The notes: a model not told the origin generated them from the letters alone. Shown: positions 20,878 through 30,961, counted from the first letter of the stretch. The stretch is DNA of 64,000 bases from an uncultured Desulfosarcina sp. (GCA_963674945.2 CAXXWQ010000004.1:3136001-3200000), one strand, 5' to 3'. A program made the numbers and translations.

Positions 20878-20926
20878 CATCATCCATTACAATTGGAAAA
20901 AAGGCCTGTACGGGACTTCTCGCCGA

Positions 20927-23341
20927 TCAAACCGGCAAGGACGCGCCGAATTCATCGATCAGGCGGTGTGTAAGCCGGCCATGAATCGCATTCACCGCAT
21001 CGTCTTCCAAGGTTTGCTCCTCGCTTTGATAAACAACCCTGAACGAGACGCTCTTTTTTCCGGCAGGCACCGGATCTCCGGAAAAGAGGTCGAACAGAAA
21101 GATTTCTTTCACCAGCGCCTCTTTGAATTGCGCCACCTTTTCAAGCAAACGGCCGGACTCCACTTCCTGGTCGATGATAACGGTGACATCCCGGGATGTC
21201 GCCGGATACCGGGGAATGGGAACCATCCGTTTGGCATTCGGCAGTCGATCGCCGAGCACCGTGAGGTCCATCTCCACGATAAACGTATTTTGCCGGATAT
21301 CGTAACTCTTCATGACCGCGGCATCCAATTCGCCCACGATTCCCAAGGACCGACCGGCCAATCGGATCTGCGCCGTATGGCCGATACGGGTGTAACGGCA
21401 ATCTTCGTCCGGCAATGCCGTAAAGGAGAGTCCTGTGATACCGAGGGCATTTACCAGGGCTTCAACCATTCCCTTGGCATCGTAAAAATCGCAGGTGGCG
21501 TCTTTCGTGTGCCAATTGGGTTTTTCCCGTAAGCCGGTCAACAGACCGACGAGCACTTCCTTCTCTACAGGCAGGAGCTCTTCGGGCTGGGGAAGGAAAG
21601 CCTTACCGATTTCAAAGAGCCGGAGGTTGTTTTGCTGTCGGGAAATATTTCTCTGTGCCGTTTCAAGCATTCCCGGAATCAGGCTGGTCCGCATCACCGA
21701 CTGCTCCTCTGAGATGGGATTGAGGAGGGTGACGTGGTTTCTGCGGGGATCCTCCGACGCCAAGCGAAGCCGGTCGCAGGAATCGGCGCCGATGAAACTG
21801 TAATTGATGGCTTCCGAGAATCCGAAACCCGAAAGAATTTCCCGCACCCGATTGCGAAACATCATCGCCGGCAGGAGAGCGGTCCCTTGTGCGGGGAGTG
21901 TGGGAAATGTCGTCGGGATCCGGTTGTAGCCATAAAGACGGGCCACTTCTTCTACCAAATCACAAGGACGGGTGACGTCCACGCGAAAAGAGGGAACGCG
22001 GACGATAATCGCATCTTCTTTTTCCTGTCGTGTCTCGAAACCGACGCTTTCCAGAAGATCCGCCATGTGATTTCTGTCCAGGTCGGTTCCCAGCTGGTGG
22101 TTGGTGGCGGTGGCGCTCAGCGACAATTCGGGGGGAGCGGTGGTCCGAAAATCTTCATCGATGACACCGTCGATCAACGCCCCCTTTCCCAACTCGGTCA
22201 TGAGTGCGGCGGCGCGATCCAAGGCGTACAATGTTCCATCCGGATCGACGCCTCGTTCGAATCGATGGGATGCATCGGTGCCGAGGCCGAGAGCCTTTGC
22301 CGTTTTACGGACGCTGATAGGGTCGAAACAGGCACTTTCAATCAATACACGGGTCGTCGTGTCCTCGATCTCCGAATTCAGTCCACCCATGACCCCGCCC
22401 ACGGCCACCGGTTTTTCTCCATCACAGATCATCAGCATATGGTCGGAAAGCCGGCGATCCTTCTGGTCCAATGTGGTAAAGGCTTCTTTTTCCGTGGCGG
22501 TCCGGACGACGATCCGGTTTTCGGCCAGGTGGTCGAAATCAAACGCGTGCAGGGGTTGGCCGGTCTCCATCATGACGAAGTTGGTCACGTCCACGAGATT
22601 GTTGATGGGACGGATGCCCACCGAACGAAGACGGTCCTGCAACCAGAAGGGGGATGGCGCGACGGTCACCTGCGTAACGAGGCGAGCGGCATACCGGGGG
22701 CAGTGATCCGGGGCTTCGATGGTAACGGAACTTACGTCCGCGATGCTCCCCTTGGCCTCGGGCAGTTGAATCTTCGGCCGATTCATTGTGACGCCGGCAA
22801 TGGCGGCGATCTCCCGGGCCACGCCCAATAAGCTCAGGCAATCCGGCCGGTTGGGAGTCAGGTCGATTTCGATGGTGGCGTCCGAAAGGCCAAGGGCTTG
22901 GGTAAGGGGCGTGCCCGGTTGAAGGCCCCTATCCAATACCATCAAACCCGAACCGTCCGTGCCCAGTTCCAATTCGGTTTCGCTGCACAGCATTCCCTCG
23001 GAGGTCATCTTGCGAATGACGCTTTTTTCCACCTCCATGCCATTGGGCAACCGGGTTCCGATCATGGCCAAGGGAGCGTTCATCCCCGCCGTCACATTGG
23101 GGGCGCCGCACACAACCTGCACTACTCCGTCACCATGATCGACACGGCAGCATTTGAGTCGGTCGGCATTGGGGTGGGGCATCACTTCCACGACCTTACC
23201 GACCAGAACGGTCTCGAGGAAGGCATATCGATCCGTTACGGCGTCCACTTCCAAACCAGCCATGGTCAACGCCTCGCACAGATCGTCAAGCTCCATCTGG
23301 ATGGGTACATATTCCCGTAGCCAGCTCAAACTCACTTTCAT
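20927..23341 (-). CDS. pheT: Phenylalanine-tRNA ligase beta subunit
   Basis: MKVSLSWL, HPNADRL, TPNRPDCLS, RFERGVD and a C-terminal FDX-ACB domain. Confidence 0.98.
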   Translation of the reverse strand: MKVSLSWLREYVPIQMELDDLCEALTMAGLEVDAVTDRYAFLETVLVGKVVEVMPHPNADRLKCCRVDHGDGVVQVVCGAPNVTAGMNAPLAMIGTRLPNGMEVEKSVIRKMTSEGMLCSETELELGTDGSGLMVLDRGLQPGTPLTQALGLSDATIEIDLTPNRPDCLSLLGVAREIAAIAGVTMNRPKIQLPEAKGSIADVSSVTIEAPDHCPRYAARLVTQVTVAPSPFWLQDRLRSVGIRPINNLVDVTNFVMMETGQPLHAFDFDHLAENRIVVRTATEKEAFTTLDQKDRRLSDHMLMICDGEKPVAVGGVMGGLNSEIEDTTTRVLIESACFDPISVRKTAKALGLGTDASHRFERGVDPDGTLYALDRAAALMTELGKGALIDGVIDEDFRTTAPPELSLSATATNHQLGTDLDRNHMADLLESVGFETRQEKEDAIIVRVPSFRVDVTRPCDLVEEVARLYGYNRIPTTFPTLPAQGTALLPAMMFRNRVREILSGFGFSEAINYSFIGADSCDRLRLASEDPRRNHVTLLNPISEEQSVMRTSLIPGMLETAQRNISRQQNNLRLFEIGKAFLPQPEELLPVEKEVLVGLLTGLREKPNWHTKDATCDFYDAKGMVEALVNALGITGLSFTALPDEDCRYTRIGHTAQIRLAGRSLGIVGELDAAVMKSYDIRQNTFIVEMDLTVLGDRLPNAKRMVPIPRYPATSRDVTVIIDQEVESGRLLEKVAQFKEALVKEIFLFDLFSGDPVPAGKKSVSFRVVYQSEEQTLEDDAVNAIHGRLTHRLIDEFGASLPV

Positions 23342-23366
23342 CGGTTCTGTTACACTCCCTTACCCA

Positions 23367-24374
23367 TCAAAATTGACGCAGGAATCGATAGTCGTTGTCG
23401 AAATATCGCCTGATATCATCGATACCGAATTTGAGCATGGCGATTCTTTCCACGCCCATCCCAAATGCGAAACCGGTGTATTGGTTCGTGTCGTAGCCGA
23501 CGTTTTCGAATACCGCAGGATGGACCATGCCCGACCCGAGCACCTCTATCCAACCGGTGTGGGAACAGACACGGCACCCTGCGCCCCGGCACATGACACA
23601 ACGGATGTCCACTTCGGCGCTGGGTTCGGTGAAGGGAAAAAAGCTGGGGCGAAATCGCAGTGTGGTCTTGTCATCGAACATCTGGTGGACAAATGCGGTC
23701 AATACCCCTTTGAGGTCGGCGAAGGAGACGCGGCGATCCACCAAGAGGCCCTCCACCTGGTGAAACATCGGCGTGTGGGTCAGATCGGAGTCACAACGAT
23801 ACACCTTTCCCGGGGCGATGATGCGTACCGGCGGTTGCCTTTTTTCCATTACCCGGGGCTGGGTGGGGGAGGTGTGGGTTCGAAGCACAACGTTATCCGA
23901 AACATAGAATGTATCCTGCATGTCCCGGGCCGGGTGATTCTTGGGTATGTTCAGCGCTTCGAAGTTATAGTAGTCGGTCTCCACCTCCGGGCCTTCGACG
24001 ACGTCGAATCCCATTTGGGAAAAAATGTCGCAGATACGATTCGTGATTTGCGTGATGGGGTGCAGCGACCCCTTTTCCGAAAACCGGCCGGGCAGTGATA
24101 CGTCGATGCGGTCCACGGCCGGCTGTGCTGTTTCCGAAAGACGGACCAGCGCCTGTTCGAAGGCCTCTTCCAGTTCGCGCTTGATCTCGTTGGCACGTTT
24201 TCCTGCAAGTGGGCGCTCCTCCTGGGGAAGCTTGGAGATGTTTCGCAAGAAATGGGTGACGCGGCCCTTTCTACCCAGGTATTGGATGGAAAGTTCGTTT
24301 ACGGCATCCTCATCCGGTGCCGAGGCCAAAGCGTCCATGGCATCCGTGTAAATCCGTTCTATACTATTTTCCAC
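23367..24374 (-). CDS. pheS: Phenylalanine-tRNA ligase alpha subunit
   Basis: HPARDMQDTF, LRTHTSP, FPFTEPSAE and GFAFGMGVER. GTG start at 24374. Confidence 0.98.
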   Translation of the reverse strand: MENSIERIYTDAMDALASAPDEDAVNELSIQYLGRKGRVTHFLRNISKLPQEERPLAGKRANEIKRELEEAFEQALVRLSETAQPAVDRIDVSLPGRFSEKGSLHPITQITNRICDIFSQMGFDVVEGPEVETDYYNFEALNIPKNHPARDMQDTFYVSDNVVLRTHTSPTQPRVMEKRQPPVRIIAPGKVYRCDSDLTHTPMFHQVEGLLVDRRVSFADLKGVLTAFVHQMFDDKTTLRFRPSFFPFTEPSAEVDIRCVMCRGAGCRVCSHTGWIEVLGSGMVHPAVFENVGYDTNQYTGFAFGMGVERIAMLKFGIDDIRRYFDNDYRFLRQF

Positions 24375-24393
24375 GATTGTCGCTCTGTCCGCT

Positions 24394-24744
24394 TTACCGA
24401 TGTTGAGATGCCAGCGCGGCAATTTGAGCAAATCCTTCGGGATCGGATATGGCAAGGTCGGCGAGCACTTTCCGGTCCAGACTGACATGCGCTTTTTTCA
24501 GACCGCTGATGAATTGGCTGTAAGAAAGGTCGTTCATACGGGCCGCCGCATTGATCCGCGCGATCCACAGTCGTCGAAATTGACGTTTCCGTTGTTTGCG
24601 GTCCCGGTAGCCATAGGTTAATGCCTTGTCAACCGAATCTGCCGCGGTCCGAAACAATTTACTCCGACCGCCACGAAATCCTCTCGCCAGTTTCAGTACC
24701 TTTTGACGGCGCCTGCGCGCCTTAAAACCTCTTTTAATTCGCAT
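24394..24744 (-). CDS. rplT: 50S ribosomal protein L20
   Basis: [18 protein letters not shown] and [10 protein letters not shown]. Confidence 0.98.
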   Translation of the reverse strand: MRIKRGFKARRRRQKVLKLARGFRGGRSKLFRTAADSVDKALTYGYRDRKQRKRQFRRLWIARINAAARMNDLSYSQFISGLKKAHVSLDRKVLADLAISDPEGFAQIAALASQHR

Positions 24745-24770
24745 GATCTCATCTCCTTGTGACGATACGA

Positions 24771-24968
24771 TTATCCGTTGGGCAACAAAAGCCGGATTTC
24801 CCGCATATCACTTTTTTTAATCATCTGCATCTTTTTCAATGCGCGTTTGCGTTTCCGGGTTTTGGAAGTCAAAATGTGTCTGTGGTGGGACTTTGAAAAC
24901 CTGTACCCACCGGATCCGGTTTTGTTGAAACGCTTTGCAGCAGATCGGTTGGTTTTGATCTTCGGCAT
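24771..24968 (-). CDS. rpmI: 50S ribosomal protein L35
   Basis: [18 protein letters not shown], 65 aa. Confidence 0.98.
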   Translation of the reverse strand: MPKIKTNRSAAKRFNKTGSGGYRFSKSHHRHILTSKTRKRKRALKKMQMIKKSDMREIRLLLPNG

Positions 24969-25013
24969 TGTGTTTGTTTCCTCCGATTGTTACGTGTTCA
25001 TCCGTTGCACTGT

Positions 25014-25059
25014 AAAAACCGCTGGCGTGAACGAAAAGTTTGCGTTCACGCCAGCGGTT
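25014..25059 (-). terminator. 17 bp perfect hairpin with T tail between infC and rpmI
   Basis: AACCGCTGGCGTGAACG (25017-25033) pairs with CGTTCACGCCAGCGGTT (25043-25059). The minus strand ends in T5. Confidence 0.6.
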
Positions 25060-25130
25060 GAAACGATAGACTTCTTCTCGATCGGGCCACGGCGTCTGCT
25101 CATCAACCGCGACCCATTTGCAGTTGGGCG

Positions 25131-25673
25131 TTATTTGGGTGCCAAGACCATCATCATCGTACGACCTTCGAATTTGGGGTATTGCTCCACTACCGCAACC
25201 TCTTCCAGTTCTGTGGCGATTTGTTCCAACAAATCCCTTCCTCTGTCCGAGAGGGTAATTTCCCGTCCCCGAAACATTACGGTGACTTTGACTTTGTCTT
25301 TCCGGGCGAGAAATTTACGAATGTGCCCCATCTTCGTCTCGAGATCATGCTCTCCGGTTTTCGGCCGGACCTTGATCTCTTTGATCTGGAAAGTGGTCTG
25401 TTTTTTCTTGGCTTCCTGCTGTTTTTTCGTCTGTTCGTATTTGAACCGCCCGTAATCCATAATTTTGCACACCGGCGGCTTTGCATTGGGCGAGATCTCG
25501 ACAAGGTCGAGACCAAAATCATTCGCTTTTGCCAAGGCCTGATGAATCGGAAGTATGCCGATCTGATTTCCATCCGGGTCAATCAATCGGACTTCCCTTA
25601 CCCGTATGCCCTGATTGATCCTTGTGGTATCGGGACGCCTTCTATCCATATTTCTATTCCTGGGACCAGCTAT
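25131..25673 (-). CDS. infC: Translation initiation factor IF-3, probable ATA start
   Basis: DLVEISPNAKPPVCKIMDYG and FRGRE. AGGAGG (25686-25681) lies 7 nt before an in-frame ATA at 25673, while ATG 25649 has no comparable SD. Confidence 0.95.
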   Translation of the reverse strand: MAGPRNRNMDRRRPDTTRINQGIRVREVRLIDPDGNQIGILPIHQALAKANDFGLDLVEISPNAKPPVCKIMDYGRFKYEQTKKQQEAKKKQTTFQIKEIKVRPKTGEHDLETKMGHIRKFLARKDKVKVTVMFRGREITLSDRGRDLLEQIATELEEVAVVEQYPKFEGRTMMMVLAPK

Positions 25674-25857
25674 TCTTACACCTCCTCAAGACCTCTTGTT
25701 AACGGTTGTAGACCCTCGTATCCCCAAACGTTCAAGCCAATTGAACAATTCAAACCCAATGGCCCGATTAAAATTTACTCTAGTATCCGACACCGTAAGC
25801 AATTGCAAGGGAAAAGTGAAAAACCATCGTGGACATTGGATGTTGCCGTTTGTTCGA

Positions 25858-26391
25858 TTAGGGTTCCAGGGCCTGGTTCAGCGTATAGCGGCTCAACATG
25901 CTGTCCGACCAATATGTATTTTGCGGATCGGAAAAAAACTGCCGAAACAGCAAAAGACTTTCTCTTCTCATCACCGCCGGCACGATCGTCAGCTCCGCTT
26001 CCCGGTATAGCGGTGACAGGTTGGACCGATCCAATCCGCTTCCCCCCCCCATTATATCTTCAAAGGCATAGACGATGCGGTGAATACCGCATAGCATGAT
26101 GGCGGAAAAACACATCAGGCACGGTTCCATCGTGCAATACAGGGTCAAGCCTGAGCGATCCACGGTGGGAATTCTGTCACAAAGATTGCGAATCGCATTG
26201 ATTTCTGCATGATCGATCTCGTTTTCGACACCCGTTGCCGTGCCCGTTCTGTGACCCCGGGCGACGACCGTTTTTCCGTCGGCAATCACGCATCCAACGG
26301 GAAACTCTCCGAGGGCCAGCGCCCTTTGCGCCAGCGCCAATGCTTGGGACATGAATATCGTGTCTTGCGTGGATTCGGCCATCGGACTCAT
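25858..26391 (-). CDS. Zinc-dependent nucleoside deaminase (TadA/CDA-like)
   Basis: GEFPVGCV, HAE and TMEPCLMC. Lacks the canonical TadA PTAHAE context. Confidence 0.85.
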   Translation of the reverse strand: MSPMAESTQDTIFMSQALALAQRALALGEFPVGCVIADGKTVVARGHRTGTATGVENEIDHAEINAIRNLCDRIPTVDRSGLTLYCTMEPCLMCFSAIMLCGIHRIVYAFEDIMGGGSGLDRSNLSPLYREAELTIVPAVMRRESLLLFRQFFSDPQNTYWSDSMLSRYTLNQALEP

Positions 26392-26945
26392 GCGATCCTG
26401 CAGGTCGTATCGTCGCAGGGGCAGCTATCGTCGATTTCAAAAGCGTAGACGATCCGGGACTCCATTTCGGCTCTTTTGCCGGTGATCGGTAGGAATTTAT
26501 ATTTCGCCAGGTCACGTTCCAGCACATCTCGGGTTGGAATGGCGTCGAATCCCGAAGCCAATGCCCGACCCGTGGAACCGTCCAGTATATCTGCATCCTC
26601 CCCATTGGTCACCACCACATAGGGGGGCTGGTAGTCGGCAACCAATCGAGAGATGGCCAGTGTCGGCCGATGTCGGGTTACCAGAGAGCCCGGGGCGTAT
26701 TTGACCACGATCATCACACGGCCCTGGAGATGGACCAGGAAATCCACCCACAGGCGACCTTTTCGACTGCCGGCGGAAACGGCCAAGGGTACCCGGGGCT
26801 GGATGTCCGATTTTGCGAACCCCTTTTCCGAAAGCAGCACGCGGGCAATTTTTTGGCGGTATCGCTCATCGTGCGTGTCGGCCAGGGTCTCTCCGGTGAT
26901 AATATCCTTCGTTTGTCCCAAAATTAGGTGATGACCGCTCATCAT
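26388..26945 (-). CDS. Stand-alone HsdR N-terminal-like (PD-(D/E)xK fold) domain protein
   Basis: ERYRQ..L..EKGF, VDFLV, IVVKY and VVTNG follow the HSDR_N_2 pattern. No helicase domain. Start set at ATG 26945. Confidence 0.65.
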   Translation of the reverse strand: MMSGHHLILGQTKDIITGETLADTHDERYRQKIARVLLSEKGFAKSDIQPRVPLAVSAGSRKGRLWVDFLVHLQGRVMIVVKYAPGSLVTRHRPTLAISRLVADYQPPYVVVTNGEDADILDGSTGRALASGFDAIPTRDVLERDLAKYKFLPITGKRAEMESRIVYAFEIDDSCPCDDTTCRIA

Positions 26946-27032
26946 GATTCCTGCTTTACAAAGTTCATTGTCTGTGAATAGATAATGGGTCAATGATAAT
27001 ACAGGGTTCGGGAGATCACAAGCGAAGTTACG

Positions 27033-28088
27033 ATGAATATCCGCCAGCAGTATGAAAAACGCGAAAAAAACTTCATGTCTCCGTTTGCCTGCCAGAGTGC
27101 AGATAGTCACGGCCGCAGAAAAGCGGAGGCGCCGTGCCCCATCCGAACCGCTTTTCAGGTAGACCGGGACCGCATCGTTTACTCCAACGCGTTTCGTCGG
27201 TTGAAGCACAAGACCCAGGTGTTTCTAAACCCGCTTGGAGACGAGTACCGAACCCGGCTTACCCACACCTTGGAAGTGGCGCAAATCGCAAGGACCATCG
27301 CCAGGGCGATGTTTCTCAATGAAGATTTGGCCGAAGCCATCGCACTGGGTCACGATTTGGGGCATACACCCTTCGGTCATGGCGGAGAGGCGGTACTCCA
27401 AGAGATTCATTCCCCGGATTTCTCCCACCACAAACAGAGTCTCCGGGTCGTCGACGTCATCGAAAACAACGCCAGGGGCCTGAACCTGACCCACGAGGTC
27501 CGGGACGGTATCCTCAAACATTCCAAGGGCTATGGAAAAATATTGCCCGACAATCCCGATGAAATGGCATGCACCAATGAAGGACGCGTGGTACGAATTG
27601 CAGATATCATGGCATACCTGAATCATGACCTGGATGATGCCATCCGAAGCGGCGTCATTCGTTCGGATCAGGTCCCGTCTGCTTGTACCGGTGTCATCGG
27701 TCGAACCCACCAGGAACGGGCAACGACCATGATTCGGGACCTGATCTTTTCCAGTCGGGCAAGTGGTGGTGAGTTACACCTGGACATGAGCGACGACGTG
27801 TTCGATGCCATGACCACGCTCAGATCCTTTCTATACGAGAATGTGTACCGCTCCGCAAAAGTCCACAGGGAGTTTATCAAGGCGAAAAAAATCCTCTCCG
27901 AGCTATATGCATTCATGTTGGATAACGACGACTTTTTTGAAAAAGAACTCATTCGCATGGGAATCGCCGGGTGCCTCGAAAATGGATCTCCTAAGGAACA
28001 GGTGGTATGCGATTTCATTGCCAGCATAACGGACCGGTATGCCCTGAATCTGTACGAAAAAATTTTTTTTCCTTCACCCACTGTGTAA
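27033..28088 (+). CDS. dgt: dGTP triphosphohydrolase-like HD protein
   Basis: DRDRI, FRRLKHKTQVF, RTRLTHTLEV, GHDLGHTPFGHGGE and HDLDDA. Confidence 0.93.
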   Translation: MNIRQQYEKREKNFMSPFACQSADSHGRRKAEAPCPIRTAFQVDRDRIVYSNAFRRLKHKTQVFLNPLGDEYRTRLTHTLEVAQIARTIARAMFLNEDLAEAIALGHDLGHTPFGHGGEAVLQEIHSPDFSHHKQSLRVVDVIENNARGLNLTHEVRDGILKHSKGYGKILPDNPDEMACTNEGRVVRIADIMAYLNHDLDDAIRSGVIRSDQVPSACTGVIGRTHQERATTMIRDLIFSSRASGGELHLDMSDDVFDAMTTLRSFLYENVYRSAKVHREFIKAKKILSELYAFMLDNDDFFEKELIRMGIAGCLENGSPKEQVVCDFIASITDRYALNLYEKIFFPSPTV

Positions 28089-28105
28089 GGTCATCTGCGA
28101 TCACC

Positions 28106-28714
28106 ATGAATCTGACACCCGAATCGTTTTTCCCTTTACGGCGTCGTTATCTTTCGATTCTCGATAAACTGGCTGAAATTTTTTCGGAAATGGACCTTGC
28201 CTACGCGATCGTTGCCGAAGGATACGGGTTTGTGTGCAACGGCTGCAACGAGAATTGTTGCCAGACCCGTTTTTACCACCACACACTCCTGGAGTATCTC
28301 TACCTGATGGAGGGGATGCACACACTGGAAGAAGAAACCGCCAGAGAGGTTCGAAACGATGCGACGGTCGTCAACGACCGGATGGCAGATGCAGACAAAA
28401 AGGGTCTCTCCATTCGGATCATGTGTCCACTTAACAACGATGGCCGATGCCTGACGTATCCTTATCGCCCCATGATTTGCCGGCTTCACGGCATCCCCCA
28501 CGAACTGCGCCGTCCGGATGGCCGGATTACGAAAAATCCGGGATGTGACGCCTTTTTCGATCAATGCCGCAGTCTCGGAAAAACCGATTACATTCCTTTT
28601 GACCGAACCCCATTTTACCGCCAGATGGCCATACTGGAAAATGAGTTGCGAAGATGTGTGGGGTATACGGACAAGATCAAACGAACCGTCGCCCAAATGA
28701 TACTAACATTTTGA
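28106..28714 (+). CDS. YkgJ-like Cys-cluster protein
   Basis: CNGCNENCC, CPLN..C..Y..RPMICRLHG. Confidence 0.75.
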   Translation: MNLTPESFFPLRRRYLSILDKLAEIFSEMDLAYAIVAEGYGFVCNGCNENCCQTRFYHHTLLEYLYLMEGMHTLEEETAREVRNDATVVNDRMADADKKGLSIRIMCPLNNDGRCLTYPYRPMICRLHGIPHELRRPDGRITKNPGCDAFFDQCRSLGKTDYIPFDRTPFYRQMAILENELRRCVGYTDKIKRTVAQMILTF

Positions 28715-28723
28715 AATAATATT

Positions 28724-29503
28724 ATGAAATCGATACACCCCAAAGATATCGAGCACCTGCCTGGCAGCCCGCTTACGTCCACCGACACCTTCAACTTTCG
28801 CTGCCACAGCGCGCTTTCGTGCTTCAACCGGTGTTGCCGGAACCTGAACCTGTTTCTCTACCCCTATGACGTGCTTCGTCTGCGAAGCTGCCTTGGCATG
28901 GATTCCGACAGCTTCCTGGAGGCCCACGTGGATGTTGTGATGCGAAAGGGTAACTATTTTCCCGACGTCCTGTTGAAGATGGCAGACAACGACGAACAAA
29001 CCTGCCCATTTCTCAGCGAGAAGGGGTGTACGGTCTACCCTGACCGTCCCGATACCTGTCGGACATTTCCCGTAGAGCACGGTGTTCTCTTCAGAGACCG
29101 AATTGAGGAGGCGAGCATCGTCAGTTTTTTTCGCCCCCCGGATTTCTGCCAGGGGCAGCATGAGGAACAACGATTTACCCTTGCCCAGTGGACCGATGAT
29201 CAGGAGGCGGAGACCCACAATCGGATGACTGCACGCTGGGCCGCCATCAAGGCGCTTTTTTATGAGAATCCGTGGGGACTGGAAGGGATCAACGGCCCGA
29301 AAGGAAAGATGGCTTTCATGGCCGCTTACAACATCGACCGATTCAGACAATTCGTCTTCGAAAGCAGTTTTCTGAAACGTTACCGGGTGAAAAAGGCGGT
29401 GGTAAAAAAGCTGAAGGTCAGTGACCGGGAGTTGTTGCTCTTTGGATTCGAGTGGATTCGGTTTTTCGTCTGGGGAATGCCTTCCCCAAATATCCGATCT
29501 TAG
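28724..29503 (+). CDS. YkgJ family Cys-cluster protein
   Basis: FRCHSALSCFNRCC and CPFL..GCTVYPDRPDTCRTFP. Confidence 0.85.
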   Translation: MKSIHPKDIEHLPGSPLTSTDTFNFRCHSALSCFNRCCRNLNLFLYPYDVLRLRSCLGMDSDSFLEAHVDVVMRKGNYFPDVLLKMADNDEQTCPFLSEKGCTVYPDRPDTCRTFPVEHGVLFRDRIEEASIVSFFRPPDFCQGQHEEQRFTLAQWTDDQEAETHNRMTARWAAIKALFYENPWGLEGINGPKGKMAFMAAYNIDRFRQFVFESSFLKRYRVKKAVVKKLKVSDRELLLFGFEWIRFFVWGMPSPNIRS

Positions 29504-29970
29504 ATCCGATACCCAATGGCGTAATATTCTACGTCCTCCGGATGGACACATACCTCGGAAATCGCCTTGTCCCGGACCGATATGCCGGCCCGGTGAACGG
29601 AGTCCGGATCACCGGATACCAGGGGGTGCCAGTCAAAAAGTTCCTTTCCTTCAGAAATCAGCCGGTACGCACAGGTTTTCGGAAGCCACCGCAGCTTCGG
29701 AATCTGCCGTGGTGAAAGCACGAGACATTCGGGAACCAGTATGGTGCGATGCGCATAGTCGGTGCATCGGCATCGCCGGGTGTCCAAAAGGTAACAGGAG
29801 ACCCAGGTATAGGTTACCTTACCTGTTTTGCCGTCTTGAAATTTCTGCAGGCAACATCGGCCACAACCATCGCAAAGGGACTCCCATTGCCCACGGCTCA
29901 TCTTCTCCAATGGTGTGGCTTTCCAAAAATGTAGCGTTGTGGTCTGCGAATCCAGGTGAAGATTATCCAT
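29500..29970 (-). CDS. YcgN (UPF0260) family Cys-cluster protein
   Basis: FW..L..M...WESLCDGCGRCCL, WLPKTCAYR and WHPLVSGD. Confidence 0.9.
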   Translation of the reverse strand: MDNLHLDSQTTTLHFWKATPLEKMSRGQWESLCDGCGRCCLQKFQDGKTGKVTYTWVSCYLLDTRRCRCTDYAHRTILVPECLVLSPRQIPKLRWLPKTCAYRLISEGKELFDWHPLVSGDPDSVHRAGISVRDKAISEVCVHPEDVEYYAIGYRI

Positions 29971-30083
29971 AGATCGCATCATACGCCCTATCTCGCCAAA
30001 AGGCAAAAAAGCCACGAGAGGTGTGAAACGCTTCTTTACCCCCCATGGCATTATTTCTTAGGCACAATCGCTTGGTATAAGAA

Positions 30084-30881
30084 TCAGACCATTTTTCTGG
30101 AAATGCTGCCCATCTCCGCTTTGAATTTTTTATGAAATGTAAGTACCTTTTTGATGTATATCCGGGTCGCCTTAAACGGCGGGACGCCTTCATAATTTCG
30201 CACGTGGCGGGAGCCGGCATTGTAGGCGGCCAGTGCCAACTTAACATCGCCGTCGAAACGGTCGAGAAGGGACTTGAAATAACGAACGCCGCCATCGATG
30301 TTCTCCTCGGGATCATCCACGTTTTGCACACCGAGGGCCTTTGCCGTCGCCGGCATTAGTTGCATCAGCCCACGGGCTCCTTTTTTCGACCTTGCCTTTG
30401 GGTTGAATCCGGACTCGGCGAAAATAATCGCCCGAATCAAGTGGGGATCCACTTCGTACCTGCCTGCCACCTCATTGATGATTCCGTGAAAGGGGGGCTT
30501 TTTTTGATGGGTGGCGGCGTTCCCGACGGGTTCTGCCTGTTTCGCCAAGACCCCATCTCCGTCGCTTTTCGACCATGGATCAAATGAAATCGTTTCCAAC
30601 ATGTATTCCGACAGCGGCGGCTGCCAACCCATTTCAACGGCAGGGATGTTCAATACCACCGTATAAGCCTGTTCATTCTTGGCAGCCTGGGGCTCCTCCA
30701 CCACTGACGGGAGGGAGATTTTGCTTTCATAACGATCTTCCCCGTTTGGAGCGGCGGTTTTGAAACCGCCTATCATGCCCGGAAGGATCAGCGCGATGCC
30801 CAATACGGTTATCGTCCAGAGAAATAACGTGAACTCCATCGGTGCTGATATTCGTTTTATGTCGGTTTTTTCTTTGTCCAT
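30084..30881 (-). CDS. Lytic transglycosylase (SLT domain) with N-terminal membrane anchor
   Basis: AES, GARGLMQLMPATA, ALAAYNAG. Start approximate. Confidence 0.9.
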   Translation of the reverse strand: MDKEKTDIKRISAPMEFTLFLWTITVLGIALILPGMIGGFKTAAPNGEDRYESKISLPSVVEEPQAAKNEQAYTVVLNIPAVEMGWQPPLSEYMLETISFDPWSKSDGDGVLAKQAEPVGNAATHQKKPPFHGIINEVAGRYEVDPHLIRAIIFAESGFNPKARSKKGARGLMQLMPATAKALGVQNVDDPEENIDGGVRYFKSLLDRFDGDVKLALAAYNAGSRHVRNYEGVPPFKATRIYIKKVLTFHKKFKAEMGSISRKMV

Positions 30882-30961
30882 GAAATGACCTGCTTTTTTC
30901 GGATTGTTCAGGTAACGAATAAGCAATGCCGTAACCTATGCGTAACTTGGACTCCAGAAAA

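Noticed and set aside
25858..28088. Anti-phage nucleotide-depletion or restriction system (deaminase + dGTPase + HsdR_N)
   Set aside because: The dGTPase is the short housekeeping-like type, the deaminase lacks the kinase-like domain of defensive dCTP deaminases, there is no HsdM/HsdS or helicase, and composition matches the core genome.
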